From IMG/VR virus record IMGVR_UViG_3300031998_000040, positions 34,345 to 98,344 of that record: DNA of 64,000 bases; one strand, 5' to 3'. Both the position numbers and the translations under genes were made by a program. Every line of letters begins with the position of its first letter. Position 1 is the stretch's first letter. Shown piece after piece: positions 25,050-35,855 of this stretch. A model generated the notes under the pieces. It saw nothing but the letters and a program-made list of their open reading frames with translations. It had not been told where the DNA came from and made no database searches. The stretch comes from a virus. Its lineage: Duplodnaviria > Caudoviricetes.

Positions 25050-28000
25050 CTAGTCCTCATCATCCTCCGTCAACGGCCACTCCGTCACCGTCGCCGTCGG
25101 GAAGTCCTGCACGGATACAGCGCTGATCGTCATTGCCCCGCTGTGGGCCAGCGGCCTCGTGTATCCCTGGATCAGATGCCGTTCCACAGGATTCCCCGGC
25201 TTGTCCGTCCGAACGATCTCTACCAGGCTGTTCAGGTCAATGTGCATCATTTGGGTGCAGCTCACGCTCACCGCCTTTTGGAGTACGCTGGAGCGCTTCA
25301 GCTTCCATTCCGCAAGATCCCGGCATTGGGTCGATGTGGCGTATCCGCTGGCGCTTTCGTATTTCGTCTTCCGACCGATGATGCCCACGTTCGTGTCGCT
25401 CCGTGGGTCGTAGTTGGTGGCTCTGCCTCCCGGCTGGTGATAGTCGTCCAGCATTTCCCCGACTACGATATAGTCGTTGTAAACGTCCTCTTTCTTGACG
25501 GTATATGCCATGCCGAGAAGCTGCGTTTCCTCCGGCGTAAAGCGCCAGAGGACCGGCTTGTTCGTGTCCAGAATGTCATCCTGGCTGGGGTCGATCCTGA
25601 GCCGCCCCGTGTTGTCGTAGCCCACCCATGCGTTCACCATACCGGCCAGTCCGAGGATAACCTGCGCGACGGTCCCTCCCCCGTTGATCGTCAGGGTATA
25701 GGGGCTGTCGGTCATATAGGCGGTGGTCCCGTCGGTCAGCTCCTGTGTCTTGTCGTTGTAATATTCCGTATATACCGGGGCCATGTTGTCCAGAGGTCGT
25801 CCGTTTCCCCGGTCTTCCTCCAGCAGCGCTGTGATGGGTTCAAAAATATTCGTTCCAACAGCGACTTCGTAGGTCCCCTCCAGGTTCCCGGCCAGCGTCC
25901 CGTCCAGCGCCGCCCACTTGTCCAGCAGGCGGTAGGTCACGGTCTTCGTCTTCGGGTCGATCTTTTCCTGGGGGTTGTCGATCAGGAACACCCCCGTCTG
26001 CCGGTAGTATTCGTTTCCGTCTGAAAGCACCAGACCCTCGTCGATGGCGATTTCCTGCCCGAACCACACCTTTCCCAACGCCGTCTCGTATTCCAGATCG
26101 GCGTTGTCCAGCGTCACCGTGGCGCTGATGCGCTGCCCGTTCTGAAGGTTTGCCGTCACGCTGCCGCTTGCGATAAAGGTCCTGCTTCGCTTGTTCCGGG
26201 GATTGTTGTCCAGCGCAAATGCCGTCGTCCCGTTGGGGTTCAAAAACCGCAGGCGGCACAGCTTGACGAAAGGCGTCCGAAGCTGCCGCAGATAGTCCTG
26301 CTGCCGGTCGATGGTGGTGTAGTCCCGTCCGATCAGAACGTAGAGGACCGCCGGTTCGCTGTCGTAGTATCCGCTTCCCGGAATGGAAGCCGTCAGGGAG
26401 TAGACGTAGGTCTGCCCCGTGGTGAGTCCGGTGTCCGTATAGGTCTTGGCCGTCCCCTGATAGAGGAGGGTCCCATCCCGCCTGAGCGTATAGGTCACGG
26501 TCGCCCCGTAGCTCCGCAGGTCCCAGTTCAGCGTGGTGCTGGTCTGCGTCTGTCTGGCTTCCAGCAGCGTCGGTGTTTCGAGCTGCGGCATGGTGGATAC
26601 TGTGACGCTTTTCCCCGTGCTGTCGTAATAGCCGCTGGCCTTGGCAACGATCTTATAGGTATAGCTGCTCCCCGGCGTGGTCGTCCGGTCCGTGTAGCTC
26701 GTTCCCGTTACCGTTCCGATCTTCTTTCCGTCCCGGTAGATGTCGTAGCTTGTCGCCCCCGTCGCCGCTGTCCAGTTCAGCGTCACGCTGCTCACCGTCT
26801 GGCTGGCGCGAAGGTTCGTCACGTTGGGAAGCTGCGGCTTGTTGCTGGTGGTGATGCTTGCCCCGTCGCTGTCCCAGCGTCCGCTGGCCTTTGCCACGAC
26901 GGTATAGGTGTGGCTCGATCCGGCACCGCCCGCGTTGTCCGTGCATTTCGGTGTGCTGACGGTGGTGAATTCCGTCCCGTCCCTGCTCACCGTATAGCTG
27001 GTGGCTCCGGTAACGGCGTTCCATGTGATTGTCGTATTTTTCGCCGTGTAGGCTGCCTTCAGGTTCGTCGGTGCAGGCAGCTTTTCCTGCGAAGTGAAGG
27101 TGATGACCACCGGTTCGCTTTCCGCGTAGTCGGTGGAATATGCCGCGATCTCCCGCGTGTATTCCGTCCCGTCTCCAATCCCCGTCTCCGTATATGGGGA
27201 TTGCGTCACCGTTCCCAGCAGATGACCCTGCCCGTCGTAAATCCGATAGGCGCTGGCGTTGGGAACGGTGGTAAAGGCGATCTGCACCGTACCCTCGGTC
27301 GGGTAGCTGATGCCCGTCACCGTCGGCGTGGGGAGCTGCCCCTTGATGACCGTGATGCGGATATATCCGCCGTCCCTGTGCCCGCTGCTCGATGTGGTCC
27401 CGTCCGGCTCCGGGATGGGGTCTCCTTCGTCGTGTCCGCTTTTCGTCACGGCGTCCGTCAGCCAGTAAGCGCTTCCCAGCGCGTAGCCCGACGGCGTGTT
27501 CCCCGCCGTCTCCGCCGCGAGGACGAAGCCGCTTCCGCCAGCGCCGCCCATGTGCACCTCGGCGTATCTTTCGCCGCTACTCTCGTAGTATTGGAATCCT
27601 CCTGCGCCGCCGCCGTACCATCCGCCGCCGCCCTTTCCGATTTCCGTATGATAGTGACCGGACCAGTAGCCTCCGTTTCCGAAGCTTCCGTTCACGGAAT
27701 GATGGCCGCTTTGCGTGTATCCCGTGCCATTCGAGCCGCCGGTGGTCTGCGATCCGCCTTGTCCGTAATATGCTTCCGTTCCTGCCGACGAACCGTTTTC
27801 TCCGCCTCCGGCACATCCGTTTATGTCATATGGTATGGGGAACGGCTGGGGATATCCGTCCGGCCCGATTCTGTATTGTGCGCCGCCGTCTTCTCCTCCG
27901 CCACCCGCCACGAGAACGCGGTTGTTCAGCGCATCACGTTTGAGGCGGATATCGCTTGCCCCTCCGGCTCCGGCATAAAACCATGTGGAAGACGACACTT

Positions 28001-28307
28001 GGTGGTATTCCGCGTTTCCGCCGTTGTATCCAACCGTACCGGCGCGTAGATAGACTGCCGTGGATGCGCTCAGCGTCAGCGTTCCTCTGGCATAGCCGCC
28101 GCTGCCGCCCACAGGGATCATTTCCGCCGTGCCCCCGCTTACGCTTCCAGCAACGCTTCCCCACGCTTCCAGCCGGTATTCCCCTTTTGGAAGCGTCATA
28201 CTCAGCGTTTGTGCGCTTCTGCCGTCTTCGCTCCTGTAGGGATAGTTCAGGATATCCCCGGTCATGAACCGTTCCGGTATTCCGTCCCAAAGATTGTAGG
28301 TAGCCAT
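25050..28307 (-). CDS. Tail protein: glycine-rich domain, four FN3-like repeats, hub-like C-terminus
   Basis: VAGGGG/GGGGWYGG motifs; WNAVTGATSY.V.RDG repeats. Confidence 0.8.
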   Translation of the reverse strand: MATYNLWDGIPERFMTGDILNYPYRSEDGRSAQTLSMTLPKGEYRLEAWGSVAGSVSGGTAEMIPVGGSGGYARGTLTLSASTAVYLRAGTVGYNGGNAEYHQVSSSTWFYAGAGGASDIRLKRDALNNRVLVAGGGGEDGGAQYRIGPDGYPQPFPIPYDINGCAGGGENGSSAGTEAYYGQGGSQTTGGSNGTGYTQSGHHSVNGSFGNGGYWSGHYHTEIGKGGGGWYGGGAGGFQYYESSGERYAEVHMGGAGGSGFVLAAETAGNTPSGYALGSAYWLTDAVTKSGHDEGDPIPEPDGTTSSSGHRDGGYIRITVIKGQLPTPTVTGISYPTEGTVQIAFTTVPNASAYRIYDGQGHLLGTVTQSPYTETGIGDGTEYTREIAAYSTDYAESEPVVITFTSQEKLPAPTNLKAAYTAKNTTITWNAVTGATSYTVSRDGTEFTTVSTPKCTDNAGGAGSSHTYTVVAKASGRWDSDGASITTSNKPQLPNVTNLRASQTVSSVTLNWTAATGATSYDIYRDGKKIGTVTGTSYTDRTTTPGSSYTYKIVAKASGYYDSTGKSVTVSTMPQLETPTLLEARQTQTSTTLNWDLRSYGATVTYTLRRDGTLLYQGTAKTYTDTGLTTGQTYVYSLTASIPGSGYYDSEPAVLYVLIGRDYTTIDRQQDYLRQLRTPFVKLCRLRFLNPNGTTAFALDNNPRNKRSRTFIASGSVTANLQNGQRISATVTLDNADLEYETALGKVWFGQEIAIDEGLVLSDGNEYYRQTGVFLIDNPQEKIDPKTKTVTYRLLDKWAALDGTLAGNLEGTYEVAVGTNIFEPITALLEEDRGNGRPLDNMAPVYTEYYNDKTQELTDGTTAYMTDSPYTLTINGGGTVAQVILGLAGMVNAWVGYDNTGRLRIDPSQDDILDTNKPVLWRFTPEETQLLGMAYTVKKEDVYNDYIVVGEMLDDYHQPGGRATNYDPRSDTNVGIIGRKTKYESASGYATSTQCRDLAEWKLKRSSVLQKAVSVSCTQMMHIDLNSLVEIVRTDKPGNPVERHLIQGYTRPLAHSGAMTISAVSVQDFPTATVTEWPLTEDDED

Positions 28308-28381
28308 TCCATCCGTTCCTTTCTGCCAGCCGCCATCGGTCGGCAGTCAATTCCCGTCCGCCGCAGGTCGTAGCTCTCGCC

Positions 28382-29815
28382 TTACACGTCCACGGCCCAG
28401 ATTCCCTCCTGCGCCGCGTCCTCCAGCGCGATCCACGGAACGCTGACCGTCTGTGCCAGCGCTTCCGTCTTCTCGCTTGTCGCCGCCGTCACCGCACCGT
28501 TCAGGCGGATTCGCATAACGTCGCCCTTGCTGCTTTTGAGGAAAATGGGGTTCTCGCTGACGCTGAGGGCCATCAGCGCGTTTCTGAGCGCAAGGCTGTC
28601 CGTATATCTCCCGGAGGAAACCGTTCCGAGGAGGGCTTTCAGCGTCCCGCTGCGATAGTTCTGCGGCGCAGGCTGTACCGTGGGGTTCGGCGTGAAATTT
28701 TGAAGTACGCTGGGGGAGTTGTTGTTGCTGACGCTGCCGCTGTCCATGTTGTAGCGGAAGTGATACTGCGCGTTCACCGTAAAGGTTCCGTTGTCGTTTT
28801 TCACAGCCGTCAGCAGCGTCCAGCGGTAGAACAGCGGTCGTATCTGTTCGCTCCGCACGGGCGTCCCGATGATTTCGGAGGATGCGTTCGCCGCCGCCGC
28901 AATGTAGTCGTAAGGCCCTTGACTGCTGGCAGCGCCGTAGTCGATGATGCTGCGGATTCCGATGCCCACGTCCGCCACCTTGACGAGGACGCCGCTGTTT
29001 CCCTGTTCCCTGAAGATAAGCCAGCGGCTCTGGCCGGAAACCGTGCTCATGTTCTGCCATCCGACGGCGATGCCGTTAATGTCCTTCTTCACGCCCACGG
29101 TCACGGCCCCCGCCGTTTCTGCCACGCTGTACTGCACGTTGAAGGTAGCCCATCCGGTGTCCAGAAGGACGCCGCTGCTGGTCTGCGCCGTCGCCTTGAA
29201 GCTGTAGGTATAGCCGCTTCGGAAGCTCTTGTAGGTGCAGGAATACACCGCCGCCCCGTAGATGTTTCCGCTGTCGTAGACCGGGTGATCCGTGTCGCTC
29301 CCCTGCGCGATCTGATAGCGTATCCAGTCCAGCGTGTCCCCCTGCTGCTGCGCGTAATTGAGGTAAAAGGTGTAGCTACTGGCCGTGACCGTAGCGGGCA
29401 CGGTCGTCAGCGTGAAGGTGGGGTTCCGCCGGGTGATGAAAACGCTGGCGCTCGTCTGCGTCACGCTCTTTTCCGTCCCGTTGTCGTCGTAGTATTGGGT
29501 GATGACCAGCTTGTATTCCTGCCCGTTGACGATCCCCGCGCCGGAAAGCGCCGTTGCGGGGATCGTGTAGCTGAAGTATTGCAGATTTCCAAGCGCGTCC
29601 GCGCCGTAGAAGGGCGTGGGGAAGCTCACCTTCCCCGTGGTGTATTTCAGCGTGGAAGCCTCATTGTTGGCGTAAATGGTGATGCTCATGCCCGTCATGG
29701 CGGGGAAGTCCCCGTTCACCTGCCACGACACCTTGAGAGAGATCGTGGCGTCCACCACGCCGAGGCCGATGCCGGATTTGAGATCGGGGACGATGTTCGT
29801 CGCTTGAAACAGCAT
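28382..29815 (-). CDS. Distal tail-like protein
   Basis: Immediately downstream of tape measure; beta-rich. Confidence 0.65.
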   Translation of the reverse strand: MLFQATNIVPDLKSGIGLGVVDATISLKVSWQVNGDFPAMTGMSITIYANNEASTLKYTTGKVSFPTPFYGADALGNLQYFSYTIPATALSGAGIVNGQEYKLVITQYYDDNGTEKSVTQTSASVFITRRNPTFTLTTVPATVTASSYTFYLNYAQQQGDTLDWIRYQIAQGSDTDHPVYDSGNIYGAAVYSCTYKSFRSGYTYSFKATAQTSSGVLLDTGWATFNVQYSVAETAGAVTVGVKKDINGIAVGWQNMSTVSGQSRWLIFREQGNSGVLVKVADVGIGIRSIIDYGAASSQGPYDYIAAAANASSEIIGTPVRSEQIRPLFYRWTLLTAVKNDNGTFTVNAQYHFRYNMDSGSVSNNNSPSVLQNFTPNPTVQPAPQNYRSGTLKALLGTVSSGRYTDSLALRNALMALSVSENPIFLKSSKGDVMRIRLNGAVTAATSEKTEALAQTVSVPWIALEDAAQEGIWAVDV

Positions 29816-29817
29816 TC

Positions 29818-32800
29818 TCAGTTCTCTCCTTTGTATTGCCCAAGATTCCCGGCCATCCGTGCCAGCTCATAGACCGTTGTGGTTTTTGCCGCCTGCTCTC
29901 CGATGGTCACGCCGTTCATGGTGTAGGTGTCGCCGTTGTACTGTGCTCCGATGCTCTGGTCGATGGGCTGCGGTATTCCTTCCAGCATCCCGAACAGATT
30001 CCGCACCGTGTCCAAACCCATTCGGCTCAGGTCGTTGTTCAGCGGGTCCATCATCTTCGCCGTGATATCCGGCGGCAGGATGAATTCGTCCCGCGCCGTG
30101 GCCTTGATCCCGCCGACGCCCCGCAGGATACCGCCGCTGTCATAGGTGGTTTCCTCGTCGCTTTCCGGCGGTTCGGAAGTGATGCCGAACTGCGCCATAT
30201 GATCCGCTTCCAGCTTGTCCCAGTCGATATACACGCCCTCCGGTATGTTGGTCACGCGGCCTTTCATGTCCCGCATCTTTCCGTGTACGGCAAGTTCGTA
30301 ATCTGTGGCGGTATCCATGTTGTAAATATAACCGTTGGAACTTTTGAAGTAGTGGCCGTCGTTCAGGTCGTGATAAACTCCTTCTGCATCATAAACGTAT
30401 TGTCCTGAGATAATACCTATGGTGATTTGCCCGGATTTCCCACTGTTGGCAAGGAATCCCGTTCCTTTATACAAAGGTTTTCCGTCGGTACTGCCGCCGC
30501 CTCCCGCATTAGCCGCGTTCCCGGCTACTGCCTCGTCCAGAGTGTCATACTCGTTCCCATAGCTGTCGTAGTATTTCCCCGTACCGGCTGCGCCTCGAAT
30601 GCCGGAATTGCCTGCGCCGCCGGAGCTTCCGCTTCCCCCGCCGGAACTGCCGCCGCCGGTGCTCTCCCCGTATCCGCTCTTGCCGCTCACGTCCACGCCC
30701 TTTTGGCTGCCGTAAAGCTGGCTTCCGTTCAGATACCAGTAGCCGCTGGGGTCGTAGGTCGCGCCGATCAGGCTGCCGAGATATTCGTTCTGCGCGTGGA
30801 GATAGGCCCGTTCTTCCTCGTTGGCGTCGAACCAGCGGGCGGAGTTGACCTTCATGAGGTTGATGATGACGGATTTCCACAGCTCGTCGATGCTCATGTT
30901 GGTCTTGTCCATTCCGGCGATGGCTTCTTCCAGAGCGCCGGTCATGTCGATGCCGTATTTGTCGGCGATCTCCCTGGCCCTGTCCCGAAGGTAAGAATAG
31001 GCGTCCTCCATGCTCATTTCGCCGTTCTTTACCTTTTCGGAAGCCTGATCGAATGCGTTTTTGAATGCGCCGACCGCCTTTTCGTATTCCTTCAGCTTTT
31101 CGTTGAGGATGCCCACGCTGGCCCCCAGCGTGTCCGCCACCTCCTGCGTCAGCCCGTCGATGCCGTAGTTCAGGTCCTTGAAGCCGCCGATGGAATCCTC
31201 CAGCACGAAGCCCAGGTCCACCCCGTAGGTGTCCTGAATCTCCCGCATGGCGTTATACATGTAGTCGTAGGCTTCCTTGAAGGTCATTGCCCCGGCCTTG
31301 ATCTGGTCGCTAACGTACTCCCACGCGTCTTTGAAGGCTTTCCACGCCTGATCCTTCTGATATTTCGCCAGATCGTCCTGCGCCTTTTTCAGCGCGTCCT
31401 CCGCGCTCTTGACGGTCTTGGCGTTGGCCCGCCACTCCCACTGGCCCGTCGCCGCGTTGTAGTACCGTACCGTGCGTTCCTTCTGCGCGTTGGCGAGGTC
31501 CGCCTGCGCCTTTTGCACCGCGAGGATTTTTTCTTCCAGGCTGAGTTCTTCCTGCTTGTCGGTAAGGATTTTGGCGTAGTAGTCGTCAACGGTCTTCTTG
31601 ACCGTCTCGAACATCTCCTGCTGGAGCTTCTTCTGTTTCTCCAGCGAATCCTCGATTTCTTTCTGGATGTTCCACCACTCGGTGCTCAGTGCCAGAATCG
31701 ATGTCTCGTAAGCGCGGATTTCTTCTTCCGACGCGCCCTGCTCTTTCATGACGGCGAGGATGCGCCGCATTTCCTCCGCCTGATCGTGGAGGGAAGCTTG
31801 GATTTCCTTGCGCTTGGCGTTGATCTCGTCTTCGCTTTTTCCGCTCGCAATAAGGAAGCTGAGTTCCTGCTTGCGGTAGTCCACGATCCCCTTGAGCCGG
31901 TTCAGCTCCGTCTGGTCGATATCCTGAAGCTTCTGTTTGGTTGCCAGAATGTCCTTCTGGATTTCCCACCATTCGGTACTCAGCGCCAAAATTTCGGCGT
32001 CGATCTTCGCCAGCTCCGCTTCCGACGCGCCCTGCGCCTCCATCTCGGCGCGGATCTGTCTCTTGTATTCCGCTTCTTCGTGAAGCGCCGCCTGAATCTC
32101 TTTTCTCTTGGCGTTGATTTCGTCTTCGCTGGCACCGCTGGCTTCGAGGAATTGCAGTTCCGCCTTTCTGAGACTGACGATGCTCTCCAGCCGTTCCAGC
32201 TCGTCAACGGTTTTTTCTCCCGTCTCCGCCAGCGCGTCGTTGATGTTCTTCTGTACGTTCCACCATTCGGTGCCGGTTGCCAGTATCTGAGCGTCGATCT
32301 CCGCCAGTTCTTCCTCCGTCGCGCCCTGCGCTTCCATCTCGGCGCGGATGGCCCTGCGGCGTTCGTTCTCGTCGTGGAGGGCATTTTGGATTTCCTTGTA
32401 CTTGGCGACGATTTCTTCCGTGCTGGCTCCGCTGGCCTGCAAAAAGGCCAGCTCCGCCTTGCGAAGTTCCACGATGCTCTGCAGCCGCGCAAGCTCCTCG
32501 TCCGTGGTGTTGCCGCTTCCGTCATCCCTGTATCCGCTCCGCGCCCGCAGCGTGGCGATATAGGCGTCCCACTCCGCTTTCTGTGCTTTTACTCCGGCGA
32601 GCTGGGACTGCACGATGTCATAATGCGCCTGCGACGCACCGCCGCCGGTCATAGCCAGAACCCCGGCCATCTGCGCCTGCGCCTGCTGGTTCGTCATCGC
32701 GGCTACCGCCGCTCCGGCAATGTCCCAGTATGCCGCCGCCACAGATTCAAGTTCTGCTATGGCGCTGGAAAATTCAAGCTGCTTCTGCGTGTCGATGAAG

Positions 32801-35800
32801 TCCAGCAAATCCGCCTTGCTGGCGATCATGCTGGCGACGATCTTCCACGTCGCTGTGTTGAAATCGTAAAGCTTGTCCGTGCTGCCGGGGATTTCCGCCT
32901 CCAGTTTGACCATGGCGTTGTAGACTTCGATACTTCCAGCGCCGAAGTCCGTCATGGCGGTGATGACTTCTCCGATGGCGGTGTCGTACTTGGTCGCCGC
33001 TTCGCTTGCTTCCGCCATTCTTTCCGTCAGGGTCTTGACTTTCGGCGCGGCGTTGTCTTGCTCGTTGTTCAGGTCTTTCGTGCGCCCCGCTACTCTGCTT
33101 CCACTTTCTTCAACCTTTTGATAAGTTCCGTCCAGAATGGAAAGCGCAGTCTCGTAAGCTTCTACGGTGGTCGTCGCTTCTTCGTATTCTTTTTTCAGCC
33201 GCTTGTATTCATCCGTCAGAACGCCGAGAGCACGAGCCTGCGCATTGGTCATGTTCTCCGCTTTCATGGCGTTGTCGATGGCCTTTTCGTAGAACGCTAT
33301 GGCTTCTTCATAGGAAAACTGCTGATTGATGCCGCCATAGTCCATGTTCACTTTCCTGTCCCCGGACAAAATGTTCTGGGACATCCGGTAGGCGGCCTGA
33401 TTGTCTATGGTGTATTGTTTTGCTTTGGCTTTGGATTCTTCGTTGATTAGGCCGATAGCGATTTCACGAAGTTCGTTTACGTCGTTGATGCTCTCCCATT
33501 CTTCGTTATACTTTTCCGTAGACTTTTTCAGGAGAGTAATCAGCTCGTCCCGGCTCAGGTTTTCGCTTCCGAGTTTTTCGGTAAGGTCATCGTATTTATC
33601 AGTCAGGTTTTGAATGCTTGCCGCTTCCGTGGCCGCTTTTTCAAGGGACTCCCGCCTCGCCTGTTCTACCTGACGGTAAATCATAATAAAGGCGCTGACG
33701 GCAGTAATCATAAGACCGATGGAGGTGGTCGCCGCCGTCATATTGGAGGTTGTGCCTTTCAGCACATCTCCAAGGTTCTTAAAGGTATCGCGCACGTCTT
33801 TGAGTGCGCCTATGACCTCTTTGCCCTTGAATATGGTAAACAGACCTGCTGCTGCGGCAGCGGCAAGACCGGCGTTGTCCGCAAAGTCTACGACAGCCGT
33901 GGAAATGTCCAGAATACTCTTGATAAAGTTGGAGTTGATGGTGTTGGCGATAAACTCCGTCCAGGTGTTCTTGAGAATGTTGGTCTTGGCTTCCCAGGTA
34001 TCCAGCATGACGCCGATTTCCTTGTCGGCGCTTCCCGCGCTTTCCTTCGTCTTGTCCAGCATCTCCTGCATCATGTCGAAGTTCTGGACGAGGGCGGTCA
34101 ACTGGTTGGTGCGGAGCTTGCCGCCCAAGCTGGAAAGGACTTCAAAGAGTTCCGCCTGATTGACAAGTCCTTCCTCACTGGCCTTGGCAAGCGCGGCGAT
34201 GGCTTCCATCGGGTTGACGACGGTTCCTGCCGCATCCGCCGCAGCCAGCGCGTCTTTCGCGTAGACCTGGAGGATGCCGTCCAAAGATTTCACGGATTCC
34301 TCCGTGATCTCCAGACCGTCCTCATATTCTCCCACAGCGCCGATGATATTGAGGATCAACGCCCTCAACGCAGTAGCGGCCTTGGTGCCCGTCTCCTGCG
34401 TCACGCTGGTGATCGTGCCCAACGCGGCGATGGTTTCTTCAAATGTCATGCCCGCCTGCGCCGCGATGCTGGATACGATGGGCATACCGGCGGCCAGCTT
34501 CTCGATGCTGGTAGCGTAGTTGTTCTCGATGATGTTGGCGGCGTCCAGCGTTTTGTTCAAAGCTTCTACGTCACCGTTCATCTTCCACGCCGCGTTGGAT
34601 GCGATCAGGAACTTGTTTGCGATTGTGGAGGTAACGTCTCCGACGAGCTGCGTCTTAGTGGCGATTTCTGCAAGCTGTTCGGACTGGTCTCCGAAACCGG
34701 CCTTGGCGAATTCCGCCACGCTCTCCAGATAGTCCTGCGCGGCAACGCCGTAAGCGGACGCCACTTTGTATGCGGCCTCCGCTGTTCTCTGCATTTGCTG
34801 GTCGGTACGGTCTGTGACCTTCTGGATATTGGCAAGCTCCGTATCCACCGCTTTCATGGTGGCAAGGGCTTCCCGCAGGCTTCCTATGACCTTGGTGACG
34901 ATGTTCCCGCCGATATACCAGCGGGCAAACTTCTGAATGTTCATCCAGAAGGATTCCGTCACCTTGTCCAGCTTGTTGGTTTCTTCCCGGACTTCGGCAA
35001 ACTGCGCTTTTTCTTTTTTAAGCCCGGAACTCAGGCGGTCAACGTCACCTACCAAAGTCTTGCTGGTGCTGTCCAGATTCTGAAGTTCTCTCTGTGCCTC
35101 CCGTGCTTCTTTTTCGATTTCGTCGAAGGTTCCTTCCGGGTATTGCGCTTTGAGTACCTCAATCTGCCGAATGAAGTTTGCGTATTCCCGGCGAAGGGAA
35201 ACTACCTGATCTTCAGCTTTCTTCTGTGCCGCCGCCTGACGCTGGGCCTGCTTTTCTGCTTCGGCTGCGTCCTTCTCGTCCTGTTCCCGATTGAATCGGG
35301 ACATTTGCAGCTTGAGCTTGTTCTTTTCTTCGGTGGCTTTACGCTCGGCTTCCAGTTCTTTCTGCCGCTTTGCTTCGGCTTCTTTGGCGTCTTCCTCGTC
35401 CCACTTTCTGTATTGCTCGAAGACATAGCGTTTCAGCTTGACAAAATCATCCGCCTGTTTCTGCGCGATCTTGTCAAGCTCTTTATAGTTTTTGATTTCG
35501 GACTCGGTGACGTTCCCCTGCGCGTCTTCGACGGTCTTGAAAGCGGTGAGCGCAGTCTTTTGGTACTCTTTGGTTCTTTGGATTAGGTCTCCGGTCGCTT
35601 TGTCCACCGTCGTTGTGGACCGCATCAGCGTTCCGTATTCTTTGTCCAGCCGTCCCGCCTGCGTAGCAACGTCCCGAAGACCCGTAGCCATCTTCTGCAC
35701 CGACTGAGCGCCGCTACTGTCAATGGTAATCTTGACGTTCCCTATGCTTTTGGAAATGTCATTCTTTATCGCTGCGATAGCCTTGCTTACTTCGCTGTAA

Positions 35801-35832
35801 TCCGGCTTGAATACCAGTTTAATCTCTGCCAT
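29818..35832 (-). CDS. Tape measure protein
   Basis: 2004 aa; helical, Ala/Glu/Lys-rich; TP901-like core (VDTELANIQKVT...). Confidence 0.92.
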   Translation of the reverse strand: MAEIKLVFKPDYSEVSKAIAAIKNDISKSIGNVKITIDSSGAQSVQKMATGLRDVATQAGRLDKEYGTLMRSTTTVDKATGDLIQRTKEYQKTALTAFKTVEDAQGNVTESEIKNYKELDKIAQKQADDFVKLKRYVFEQYRKWDEEDAKEAEAKRQKELEAERKATEEKNKLKLQMSRFNREQDEKDAAEAEKQAQRQAAAQKKAEDQVVSLRREYANFIRQIEVLKAQYPEGTFDEIEKEAREAQRELQNLDSTSKTLVGDVDRLSSGLKKEKAQFAEVREETNKLDKVTESFWMNIQKFARWYIGGNIVTKVIGSLREALATMKAVDTELANIQKVTDRTDQQMQRTAEAAYKVASAYGVAAQDYLESVAEFAKAGFGDQSEQLAEIATKTQLVGDVTSTIANKFLIASNAAWKMNGDVEALNKTLDAANIIENNYATSIEKLAAGMPIVSSIAAQAGMTFEETIAALGTITSVTQETGTKAATALRALILNIIGAVGEYEDGLEITEESVKSLDGILQVYAKDALAAADAAGTVVNPMEAIAALAKASEEGLVNQAELFEVLSSLGGKLRTNQLTALVQNFDMMQEMLDKTKESAGSADKEIGVMLDTWEAKTNILKNTWTEFIANTINSNFIKSILDISTAVVDFADNAGLAAAAAAGLFTIFKGKEVIGALKDVRDTFKNLGDVLKGTTSNMTAATTSIGLMITAVSAFIMIYRQVEQARRESLEKAATEAASIQNLTDKYDDLTEKLGSENLSRDELITLLKKSTEKYNEEWESINDVNELREIAIGLINEESKAKAKQYTIDNQAAYRMSQNILSGDRKVNMDYGGINQQFSYEEAIAFYEKAIDNAMKAENMTNAQARALGVLTDEYKRLKKEYEEATTTVEAYETALSILDGTYQKVEESGSRVAGRTKDLNNEQDNAAPKVKTLTERMAEASEAATKYDTAIGEVITAMTDFGAGSIEVYNAMVKLEAEIPGSTDKLYDFNTATWKIVASMIASKADLLDFIDTQKQLEFSSAIAELESVAAAYWDIAGAAVAAMTNQQAQAQMAGVLAMTGGGASQAHYDIVQSQLAGVKAQKAEWDAYIATLRARSGYRDDGSGNTTDEELARLQSIVELRKAELAFLQASGASTEEIVAKYKEIQNALHDENERRRAIRAEMEAQGATEEELAEIDAQILATGTEWWNVQKNINDALAETGEKTVDELERLESIVSLRKAELQFLEASGASEDEINAKRKEIQAALHEEAEYKRQIRAEMEAQGASEAELAKIDAEILALSTEWWEIQKDILATKQKLQDIDQTELNRLKGIVDYRKQELSFLIASGKSEDEINAKRKEIQASLHDQAEEMRRILAVMKEQGASEEEIRAYETSILALSTEWWNIQKEIEDSLEKQKKLQQEMFETVKKTVDDYYAKILTDKQEELSLEEKILAVQKAQADLANAQKERTVRYYNAATGQWEWRANAKTVKSAEDALKKAQDDLAKYQKDQAWKAFKDAWEYVSDQIKAGAMTFKEAYDYMYNAMREIQDTYGVDLGFVLEDSIGGFKDLNYGIDGLTQEVADTLGASVGILNEKLKEYEKAVGAFKNAFDQASEKVKNGEMSMEDAYSYLRDRAREIADKYGIDMTGALEEAIAGMDKTNMSIDELWKSVIINLMKVNSARWFDANEEERAYLHAQNEYLGSLIGATYDPSGYWYLNGSQLYGSQKGVDVSGKSGYGESTGGGSSGGGSGSSGGAGNSGIRGAAGTGKYYDSYGNEYDTLDEAVAGNAANAGGGGSTDGKPLYKGTGFLANSGKSGQITIGIISGQYVYDAEGVYHDLNDGHYFKSSNGYIYNMDTATDYELAVHGKMRDMKGRVTNIPEGVYIDWDKLEADHMAQFGITSEPPESDEETTYDSGGILRGVGGIKATARDEFILPPDITAKMMDPLNNDLSRMGLDTVRNLFGMLEGIPQPIDQSIGAQYNGDTYTMNGVTIGEQAAKTTTVYELARMAGNLGQYKGEN
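31650..32505 (-). repeat. Three tandem 98-aa repeats in the tape measure
   Basis: EL.RL..IV..RK.EL.FL.ASG...TEWW..QK three times at 98-residue spacing. Confidence 0.9.
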
Positions 35833-35855
35833 TTCGTTCTACCGCCTCGTTTCCG

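Noticed and set aside
30427-35586. Very long + strand ORFs (1007 aa and 658 aa), and similar ones at 15656, 37567, 46512 and 1519
   Set aside because: Antisense shadows of GC-rich, codon-biased genes; no RBS or recognisable domains.
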